Below are positions 19,070 to 26,504 of a stretch of 64,000 nucleotides of DNA, piece by piece. Where the stretch lies: assembly GCA_031970875.1 (NCBI GenBank), contig DALYHN010000001.1, forward strand, positions 17,929 through 81,928, in the 5' to 3' direction. The position numbers and the translations under genes were made by a program. This stretch comes from Chitinophagaceae bacterium (GTDB lineage Bacteria; Bacteroidota; Bacteroidia; Chitinophagales; Chitinophagaceae). The notes beneath the pieces were generated by a model. It was not told the DNA's origin and made no database searches. It saw only the letters and a list, made by a program, of their open reading frames with translations. Position 1 is the first letter of the stretch. The number at the start of each line of letters is the position of its first letter.

Positions 19070-20985
19070 GCAGGCGTCAACAAACAAAAACCATGTGGCG
19101 GAACAATCAAGTGTTCTCTATCATTACCCACTACATGTTTTTGTCCTGTCCAATGATCTAATAATGTATTACTGGTGAGTTCATGTTCTTTAAACGCATA
19201 CCAGGTTAAATAAGCTGGTGCATCATTAAAATTAAATACGCCAAAGAATCGCTCTGCACCATATTTGCGCACATAAACAGCTACGTGAATATTGTGTGGT
19301 GTTACCCAGGTAATATTACTGCTGTCTGCAATAATGGATAATTGCTTTCGAATGGCTAGGAGTTGTTTGGTGCCGTTAAATATTCTTGCTTCAACGGTGT
19401 TTGATTTTTTTCGCTGTGCATTTTTCTCCCAATCAATGATTGGTCTATGCATCCATCGGTTGTCGTAGCTTTTTCCTGCGTCTTGCAAATAACTATAGTC
19501 ATTGGTATAGCCAATCTCATCACCATAGAACAGCATTGGAATACCACCTAAGAAAAAGCTATGGGCTTGCATCAATAGAATCTTATTAATCGCATCATCA
19601 ATGGCTGCCGCATTATTCGCATCAATTGCTTTCTCTAAACCACACAAAGACGCCAGCGTGCCACTGATACGCGCATCATTGGTTTTGGGATTTACAGAGA
19701 ACAAAGCGCCTGCTGCAGGTGATCCCTCATAAGTGCCGGCATAATAATCTTTCAAAAATCGTCTGTGTTCAAAAGGGTTAAAGCCTGCAACAGCAATCAT
19801 GCTATCATCGTAGCCTAAGCCAATATCGTCGTGGCAACGTGTGTAAGTAATCCAGCTAGTGCCATATGGTTTGCGCAATATCTGCTCTTGTGCTGCCAGC
19901 ATCACACGTGTATCTTTGGTTGCGAGCATATCCCATTGCAACGCCATATGTGTTGCGTTATAAGCAAAGTCACATTCTTTTGCAACAAACTCATCTGTGC
20001 CAAAGTATTTCATGATCTCAGCAGGTGCAACAATGGCTTCGCCTAATAATGCCATACCAGGCGTAGCAATCGTTACGCAACATTTGATGATGCGTAACAA
20101 GATATGTGCTTCAGGAAGATTCTGACAAGTAGTGCCCAAGCGTTTCCAAATAAATGCTGGCGCATCAATGCGCAGAATATCTACACCCAGATTGGCATAG
20201 AAGAAAATCGTATCCAACATGGCAACAAGCACATGCGGATTGGTATAGTTCAAATCCCACTGATAGTTGTGGAAGACCGTCATCACCCATTCCTGTAATT
20301 CAGGTACGTAAGTGAAACTGCCTGGAGCCGATTCCGGAAAAATTTCCGGCATGGTTTGTTCAAACTGATCGGGTAGGTTACGATCTTGATAGAAATAGAA
20401 AAAGTCCTTGTAGAAAAGATCTCCTGCCTTGGCTTTTTCCGCCCAAGCATGTTTGTGCGAAGTGTGGTTCAGCACAATATCCAGCATAAGGTACATCTTA
20501 CGCTGGTGCATTTTGCTTACCAACGATTCGAGGTCTTTCAGATTACCGAAGCGAGCATCTACTTTTCTGAAATCAGAAACAGCATAGCCTCCATCGCTTT
20601 CGTTGGCCGGACTTTCAAAGATGGGCATCAGGTGCAGAAAATTGATGCCGAGCTCTTCCAGATAATCTAACTTCTCTGGCATCTGTTTTAATGAACCAGC
20701 AAAGCGATCTACATACAAGCTCATACCTGCAATTTCATTGGAGAGATACCAATGTGTTTTGGCAGCTTTCTCCTGATCGTAAGCCTGTAATTTTTTGGAT
20801 CGTTGTTGATGCGCTTGAATAATTGTTTTCAGCAGCCCTTCATAAGCGGCTTCTGCTGCAGGATGCCCCTGATACAACTGATGGAACAATCTTTCCAGTG
20901 TTAGTGCAGCTGCATACAATCTGTCAGCAAATGCTTTTTCAGTTTTGCTTTCTGCCAGCAGTGAAGAAACTTTTTGCAAAGACAT
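19066..20985 (-). CDS. amylosucrase-type GH13 (subfamily 4-like) enzyme, cytoplasmic
   Basis: 639 aa with no signal peptide. It aligns by eye with the Neisseria amylosucrase blocks: SDGGYAVSDFRKVD, DIVLNHTS, FHNYQWDLNYTNP, GVDILRIDAPAFIWKRLGTTCQNLPEAH, GEAIV and RCHDDIG. Confidence 0.8.
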   Translation of the reverse strand: MSLQKVSSLLAESKTEKAFADRLYAAALTLERLFHQLYQGHPAAEAAYEGLLKTIIQAHQQRSKKLQAYDQEKAAKTHWYLSNEIAGMSLYVDRFAGSLKQMPEKLDYLEELGINFLHLMPIFESPANESDGGYAVSDFRKVDARFGNLKDLESLVSKMHQRKMYLMLDIVLNHTSHKHAWAEKAKAGDLFYKDFFYFYQDRNLPDQFEQTMPEIFPESAPGSFTYVPELQEWVMTVFHNYQWDLNYTNPHVLVAMLDTIFFYANLGVDILRIDAPAFIWKRLGTTCQNLPEAHILLRIIKCCVTIATPGMALLGEAIVAPAEIMKYFGTDEFVAKECDFAYNATHMALQWDMLATKDTRVMLAAQEQILRKPYGTSWITYTRCHDDIGLGYDDSMIAVAGFNPFEHRRFLKDYYAGTYEGSPAAGALFSVNPKTNDARISGTLASLCGLEKAIDANNAAAIDDAINKILLMQAHSFFLGGIPMLFYGDEIGYTNDYSYLQDAGKSYDNRWMHRPIIDWEKNAQRKKSNTVEARIFNGTKQLLAIRKQLSIIADSSNITWVTPHNIHVAVYVRKYGAERFFGVFNFNDAPAYLTWYAFKEHELTSNTLLDHWTGQKHVVGNDREHLIVPPHGFCLLTPA

Positions 20986-20991
20986 GATGAA

Positions 20992-21969
20992 CTAGTTGAA
21001 AATATCGTTGCTTAAAAATTTGAATGCTTCCATGGCGCCCATATACTCACAAGTACGCGCGCCAGCTTTATTGCCCTGTTGCATATAGCTTGCCCATTGT
21101 TCCTTACTGAGCGATTTCATCTCAGCAATATTGTGCTGGCTCAGCTGATAAAGCAGTGCACCAACAAAGGCATCGCCTGCGCCTGTTGTATCAACCGGCT
21201 TAACAGGGATACTGGGAATTTGTACTGTTTGATTTTGGTGGCCCATAAGGGTGCCATCTTTTCCTAGTGTAATAGCAAATACCGCATTGGTTCTTTGTAA
21301 AAAAATAGTGGCAGCTTCTTCAACCGTTGTGGCTTTTGTCAGCAGTAGTGCTTCTTCATCACTCACTTTAAAAAAATCGCATGCTTCTAGAAAATACCAT
21401 GAATGCTGTATAAATGAATCAATTTTGTCTTTAAAGAGTAAGTGTCGATAATTTGGATCGAAGCTGATGAATCTGCCTGCTTTCAATGATTGCTTCAACA
21501 AAGCGCTATAAGCATCTTGTAATGGTCCGGGTAAGAAGCCGGTAGCAGAACCAAAATGAACAATGCCGTAATTATATACATCAATAGCTTTGATGTCTTG
21601 TACACTCAGCTGTCCATCAGCACCGCGGCTAAACACAAAATCTCTCTCACCATTTTCCATCAAGGATACAAATGCCAGTGTAGTGAAGTGATGCTCATCG
21701 CGGAGCATCCATTGTGTGTCTACACCAAATTCTTGCATGACTTCAATCAACTGTGTACCAAAAGGATCTTTGCCCACTTTTGCACTTAAGGCTACTTTTC
21801 CGCCCAAAGCGGCAATAGCTGCTGCTACATTGGTAGGAGCGCCGCCAGGCTTTTTCAAAAAATGTTGTCCTGCAGACAGCCTAGTTCCTTTGTCTGTACA
21901 AATCATATCGATCAATGCTTCTCCAATGCAAAGTATCTGTTCCATCAGATTCAGTTTAATGTCCGCCAC
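20992..21969 (-). CDS. PfkB-family sugar kinase (fructokinase-like)
   Basis: 325 aa with N-terminal GEALIDM...GGAPTNVA and the C-terminal PfkB signature DTTGAGDAFVGALL. It lies 6 nt upstream of amylosucrase and overlaps the transporter stop. Confidence 0.8.
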   Translation of the reverse strand: MADIKLNLMEQILCIGEALIDMICTDKGTRLSAGQHFLKKPGGAPTNVAAAIAALGGKVALSAKVGKDPFGTQLIEVMQEFGVDTQWMLRDEHHFTTLAFVSLMENGERDFVFSRGADGQLSVQDIKAIDVYNYGIVHFGSATGFLPGPLQDAYSALLKQSLKAGRFISFDPNYRHLLFKDKIDSFIQHSWYFLEACDFFKVSDEEALLLTKATTVEEAATIFLQRTNAVFAITLGKDGTLMGHQNQTVQIPSIPVKPVDTTGAGDAFVGALLYQLSQHNIAEMKSLSKEQWASYMQQGNKAGARTCEYMGAMEAFKFLSNDIFN

Positions 21970-23290
21970 CCATTGGCATTTGTACGCTTTCGGTTGGCTT
22001 TGCTGATTTGATCAATGTTGTGGCAATAGCTGCCAGTAGCAAGAAAACACCAGCAAAGGAAATGGCTTTGCCCGGATCATTGTTCAGAAAATGTTTGAGG
22101 ATATAGCCAAAGCTGATATTTTGTAAAATCATCGGAATCACAATCATCATGTTGATGATACCCATATATACACCGTAGCGTTCTTTCGGAATATTGCCTA
22201 CAACCATTAGGTAAGGAATACCCATCATACTGGCCCAAGCAATACCAAAGCCCGTCATGGGGATGAAGAAAAGGTATTTGTCTTCAATATGCGGAAAGAT
22301 TAATAATCCTACACCAGCCAATATCAAGCAAATAATGTGTACTCCTTTGGGACTGTATTTCTTGGCAAGTCCTACTAATGCAAACGCCGAAAGAAAAGTA
22401 ACAATATTGTACCAGCCGTTTACGAGACCAGTCCAGCCCACAGCTTCATCGTACAAAGGGTTTTGCTGATAGTTATTGGTCTTCCACGCAGATTGCGCAA
22501 TACTCTTGGCCGCATTCTGCCAATAGCAGAAGAGCGCATACCACTGAAACAAATACACCAGTGCTAATTGCCACATCACTTTGGGCATGTCCATAATGGC
22601 AGCAGGAATTTCTTTGAAAGGGGTTAGTATGCTGAGCTTTTCTTTTTGCAGCTCGGCCAGTTCTTCCGGTGTAGGTGGTATTTCAGGTGTTTTGGCCATA
22701 CTCCAGCTAACTGATGCGATAGAACAAACAGAACCTAGGAAAAAGGAGCCAAATACCCAATAAGGAATTGCGCCAAGGCTACCGGTGATATTTTTCTGAA
22801 AGATGAATAAAGACACATTGGCTAGTGTGATACCCAAGCCGGTAAAAAAGCTTTGTGATAGAAAACCTGTGGCCATCTGCTCTGGGGATAATTTATCGGC
22901 AATAAATGCACGATAAGGTTCCATAGCAGTATTATTGGCCGCATCTAATACCCATAGCAGTCCTACGGCCATCCATAAGCTACTACTGAAAGGATAGATA
23001 AAGAGGCACAAGCTACATAGTAAGGCACCAATGAAAAAATAGGGCTTACGCCTGCCCCAGCGTGGGTGCCATGTTTTATCACTCATAGCACCGATTATGG
23101 GTTGAATCAATAGTCCCGTAACGGGGCCAGCCAGATTGAGCAGGGGGATCTCATCTGGTCTGGCGCCTAACATATCGTAAATAGGGTTTACAGCGCTTTG
23201 TTGCAAACCGAAGCTGTACTGAATACCAAAAAAACCCACATTCATGTTGATGATCTGGCGAAAGCTCAGCTTGGGTTTCTGAAACTGCAT
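21956..23290 (-). CDS. SLC45/GPH-type disaccharide:H+ symporter (MFS)
   Basis: The track ORF extends to 23491. That extension is non-membrane-like and covers the palindrome-rich promoter. ATG 23290 gives MQFQKPKLSFRQIINMNVGFFGIQYSFGLQQ, and RWGRRKPYF is typical of sucrose/maltose SLC45-type carriers. The protein is predicted multi-pass. Confidence 0.75.
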   Translation of the reverse strand: MQFQKPKLSFRQIINMNVGFFGIQYSFGLQQSAVNPIYDMLGARPDEIPLLNLAGPVTGLLIQPIIGAMSDKTWHPRWGRRKPYFFIGALLCSLCLFIYPFSSSLWMAVGLLWVLDAANNTAMEPYRAFIADKLSPEQMATGFLSQSFFTGLGITLANVSLFIFQKNITGSLGAIPYWVFGSFFLGSVCSIASVSWSMAKTPEIPPTPEELAELQKEKLSILTPFKEIPAAIMDMPKVMWQLALVYLFQWYALFCYWQNAAKSIAQSAWKTNNYQQNPLYDEAVGWTGLVNGWYNIVTFLSAFALVGLAKKYSPKGVHIICLILAGVGLLIFPHIEDKYLFFIPMTGFGIAWASMMGIPYLMVVGNIPKERYGVYMGIINMMIVIPMILQNISFGYILKHFLNNDPGKAISFAGVFLLLAAIATTLIKSAKPTESVQMPMGGGH

Positions 23291-23371
23291 AGCAATCAAT
23301 CGTTTAAGAGGGTGTTGTCTAAAATTAGCTGCCAAAACCCAAATAGGGAGCAGGTTTCCCGCTTTTCTTTT

Positions 23372-23385
23372 TGCAAACGATTGCA
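23372..23385. promoter_or_regulatory. candidate LacI-family operator TGCAAACGATTGCA
   Basis: This 14-mer is 12/14 self-complementary and matches the generic LacI/CcpA-type TGnAAnCGnTTnCA pattern. It lies 82 nt upstream of the transporter ATG. Confidence 0.45.
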
Positions 23386-23441
23386 GTTTGTGGAGGCTTT
23401 GTTTAAGATATCTTTCTAAAAGGTTGAAAGTTTTTTTGATG

Positions 23442-23460
23442 ATGTGTAAAAAATACACAT
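23442..23460. promoter_or_regulatory. perfect palindrome ATGTGTA-N5-TACACAT
   Basis: The 7-bp arms are perfectly inverted. A second copy lies 31 bp downstream. Confidence 0.4.
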
Positions 23461-23472
23461 ATTTGTAGAGTA

Positions 23473-23491
23473 ATGTGTTAAAATTACACAT
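23473..23491. promoter_or_regulatory. palindrome ATGTGT-N7-ACACAT (second copy)
   Basis: The 6-bp arms are inverted, and the 19-bp frame matches 23442..23460. Confidence 0.4.
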
Positions 23492-23495
23492 TCAA

Positions 23496-23523
23496 CGCAA
23501 ACGATTGCAGTAAAACGATTGTA
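23496..23523. promoter_or_regulatory. two abutting LacI-operator-like 14-mers (CGCAAACGATTGCA + GTAAAACGATTGTA)
   Basis: Both share the AAACGATTG core with the site at 23372. They end exactly at the GTG start of the amylase gene. Confidence 0.4.
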
Positions 23524-26415
23524 GTGGCCATCCGAATTATCTTCTTAACCACACTGCTTTTCGCAGTGCTTAGGGGCAATACGCAGCTATTGACCTGGTC
23601 GCCTTCTTTTATAACAGAATCGTCAAACACAGTAGAAATTACCTGTGATGCTACAAAAGGTAATCAAGGCCTTCGCGGTCATACACCACTAACAGATGTT
23701 TATGTGCATATAGGTGTGATCACCACAAAAAGTACAGGTGCTTCTGATTGGAAATATGTAAAGTTTACTTGGGGTACAGCTAACACACAAGCCCAGTGTA
23801 GTTCATTGGGTAACAATCAATGGAAGTACACGATTACAGGTGGTTTGCGCACATTCTTTGGCATTACAGATGCTACAGAGCGCATCACTAAAATTTCTAT
23901 TCTCTTCCGCAGTGGCGATGGCAATAAGGTGCAAAGAAATACAGATGGTTCAGACATGTATGTACCTGTGTACACTGCATCTGCTGCTGTTCGCATAGAT
24001 GAGCCTTTCAGACAACCTTTGTTTACGCCTACGCCAGAACCGATTACAAAATCTATTGGTGAGAGCATCAACATCAACGCAAAAGCTAGTGAAGCGGCCA
24101 ACATGCGTATTCTCTTCAATGGTACGCAGCTAGCAACACAAAACGCTGTTACAACGCTTAGCAGCAGTGCAAATATTACTGCTGCTGGTAATCAGCAAAT
24201 CATTGCAGAAGCAGTTGCAGGCAGTACTACAGTGAGAGACACACTCAATTTCTTTGTATCTGCTGCAGTGAATGTAGCACCCTTACCTGCCGGTGTGAAG
24301 GATGGAATCAATTACCAGCCCGGCGATACTTCTGCTGTACTTGTACTCTATGCGCCAGGTAAATCAAGTGTGATGGTGCTGGGCGATTTCAATAACTGGA
24401 CTGCCGGTTTGAATTACCAAATGAACAGAACAGAAGACGGTAATCGCCACTGGCTGCGCATTACAGGTCTTACACCCGGAACAGAATATGCTTACCAATA
24501 TTTAGTGGATGGCAGTTTGCGTGTAGCAGATTATAACACAGAAAAAGTATTGGATCCATTCAATGATCCTTTTATTCCAGCTAGTAATTATCCATCACTC
24601 AAAGCATATCCAACCGGTAAAACAACAGGTATTGTAAGTGTGCTGCAAACAGCCAAGCCTGCATACAACTGGCAGGTGGCGAATTTCACCAGACCTGATA
24701 AGCGCAACTTATTGGTATATGAATTATTGGTGCGCGATTTCATTGCTGCACAAAACTGGAATGTGCTGCGCGATACATTGACTTATTTGAAACGCCTTGG
24801 TATCAATGCGATTCATGTAATGCCATTCAATGAATTTGAAGGCAATAATAGCTGGGGTTATAATCCGAGTTTCTATTTCGCGCCAGATAAAATGTATGGT
24901 ACAGAGAACGCTTTGCGTCAATTCATTGATGAGTGTCATAAACAAGGCATTGCTGTCATCATGGATATGGTATTGAATCATTCTTTTGGTCAATCACCCA
25001 TGGTGCAACTCTATTGGGATGCTACAAATAACAAACCCGCTACCAATAATCCATGGTTTAATCCCGATGCTAAACACCCATTCAATGTTGGGTATGATAT
25101 GAACCATGAATCACAGGCTACTAAAGACTTTGTCGCACGTGTGGTGCGTCATTGGTTAGTTAATTACAAGATTGATGGTTTCCGTTGGGATTTATCTAAA
25201 GGCTTCACACAAACTAATAATCCCAATGATGTAAATGCATGGGGTAATACAGATATCACGCGTATCAATACATGGAAGCGCATTTACGATTCTATGCAAG
25301 CAGTACTGCCCGGCAGCTATTGCATACTAGAGCATTTTGCTAATAACGATGAAGAAACACAATTAGCGAATTATGGTATGCTGCTCTGGGGTAATAGCAA
25401 TTTTGCTTTCCGCGAAGCGGTGAAAGCAACGAATCTGGGTAATAGTAATTTCGATTGGGGTTTGCATACACGCAGAGGTTGGTCGCAACCACACTTGATG
25501 ACCTATATGGAGAGTCATGATGAAGAACGCATCATTTTTGATGCATTGCAAAATGGATCTACCAGTAATACCGGCCATTTGGTGAATACCTTACCTGTTG
25601 CGTTGAAGCGCGCAGAAATGGCTGCTGCATTCTGGGCAATGATGCCTGGTCCGAAATTGATGTGGCAGTTTGGTGAGTTGGGTTATGATCAATCCATCAA
25701 CCGTTGCGAGAACGGCAGTATCAATAATGATTGTCGTACTGCACCCAAGCCAGTCTTGTGGAACTATCGTACGGAAACCAATCGCGCAGCACTCTATAAT
25801 GTGTACAGAGAATTGTTCCGCTTGCGCAGAACACCTAATTACTTGACCACATTCACCAGCAATAGTGTGAGTCAGAATTTTAGTGGTGCATTTAAGACCA
25901 TGACCATCAACAGCGATTCGTTAGTGATTGTGGTGGTGGGCAATTTTGGTGTAACAGCTACCACTAGTTCTGTAAACTTTCCTACTGCCGGCACTTGGTA
26001 CAGTTATTTAACAGGAACCACGATTACAGCTGCAGGTGGTGCACAGAATATTTCGTTAGCACCTGCTGAATACCATATTTATACCAGTAAAGATGTACGC
26101 GGTGCAGTTACAACTGCTATAACACCTGCACAGCCTGTTTGGATGAATGAAGTGAAACTGGAACTTGGTCCCAACCCAATGCGCCAAACAGGTACTATTA
26201 CCTATACACTGCCATTGAATGCACAAGTGGGTTTATACCTTACTGATATGCAAGGCAAGAGAATTGCACAGTTATTCAATGGTAGAAGAAACAAAGGTGT
26301 GTATCAGCAATCGGTTAATCTACAAACACTTTCCGCTAAGCCTTCAAATGGACTCTATTTTATTGAGATGCGTGTGAATGGGCAAAGCAAAACAACCAAA
26401 CTCATTATTCAGTAA
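23524..26415 (+). CDS. GH13 alpha-amylase-family enzyme with N-terminal accessory domains and T9SS C-terminal sorting domain
   Basis: 963 aa with a GTG start and signal MAIRIIFLTTLLFAVLRG. GH13 regions are VIMDMVLNHS, IDGFRWDLSKGF, ILEHFAN and YMESHDEER. The C-terminal ~85 aa (LGPNPMRQTGTITYTL...NGLYFIEMRVNGQSKTTKLIIQ) look like a type-A T9SS CTD. Confidence 0.85.
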   Translation: MAIRIIFLTTLLFAVLRGNTQLLTWSPSFITESSNTVEITCDATKGNQGLRGHTPLTDVYVHIGVITTKSTGASDWKYVKFTWGTANTQAQCSSLGNNQWKYTITGGLRTFFGITDATERITKISILFRSGDGNKVQRNTDGSDMYVPVYTASAAVRIDEPFRQPLFTPTPEPITKSIGESININAKASEAANMRILFNGTQLATQNAVTTLSSSANITAAGNQQIIAEAVAGSTTVRDTLNFFVSAAVNVAPLPAGVKDGINYQPGDTSAVLVLYAPGKSSVMVLGDFNNWTAGLNYQMNRTEDGNRHWLRITGLTPGTEYAYQYLVDGSLRVADYNTEKVLDPFNDPFIPASNYPSLKAYPTGKTTGIVSVLQTAKPAYNWQVANFTRPDKRNLLVYELLVRDFIAAQNWNVLRDTLTYLKRLGINAIHVMPFNEFEGNNSWGYNPSFYFAPDKMYGTENALRQFIDECHKQGIAVIMDMVLNHSFGQSPMVQLYWDATNNKPATNNPWFNPDAKHPFNVGYDMNHESQATKDFVARVVRHWLVNYKIDGFRWDLSKGFTQTNNPNDVNAWGNTDITRINTWKRIYDSMQAVLPGSYCILEHFANNDEETQLANYGMLLWGNSNFAFREAVKATNLGNSNFDWGLHTRRGWSQPHLMTYMESHDEERIIFDALQNGSTSNTGHLVNTLPVALKRAEMAAAFWAMMPGPKLMWQFGELGYDQSINRCENGSINNDCRTAPKPVLWNYRTETNRAALYNVYRELFRLRRTPNYLTTFTSNSVSQNFSGAFKTMTINSDSLVIVVVGNFGVTATTSSVNFPTAGTWYSYLTGTTITAAGGAQNISLAPAEYHIYTSKDVRGAVTTAITPAQPVWMNEVKLELGPNPMRQTGTITYTLPLNAQVGLYLTDMQGKRIAQLFNGRRNKGVYQQSVNLQTLSAKPSNGLYFIEMRVNGQSKTTKLIIQ

Positions 26416-26504
26416 ACAAAACCTTTCTATATAGATGACTCAACAAAAGCAAACAACCCTTCAATCAAATGAAAATTTTCTTGCAAACCAGTAAAACCTG
26501 AATT

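Noticed and set aside
26482-26495. TGCAAACCAGTAAA upstream of the starch SusC, a possible fourth LacI-type site
   Set aside because: Only the left half-site matches the TGCAAACGATTGCA element, and the right half is not complementary. This is too weak to call.
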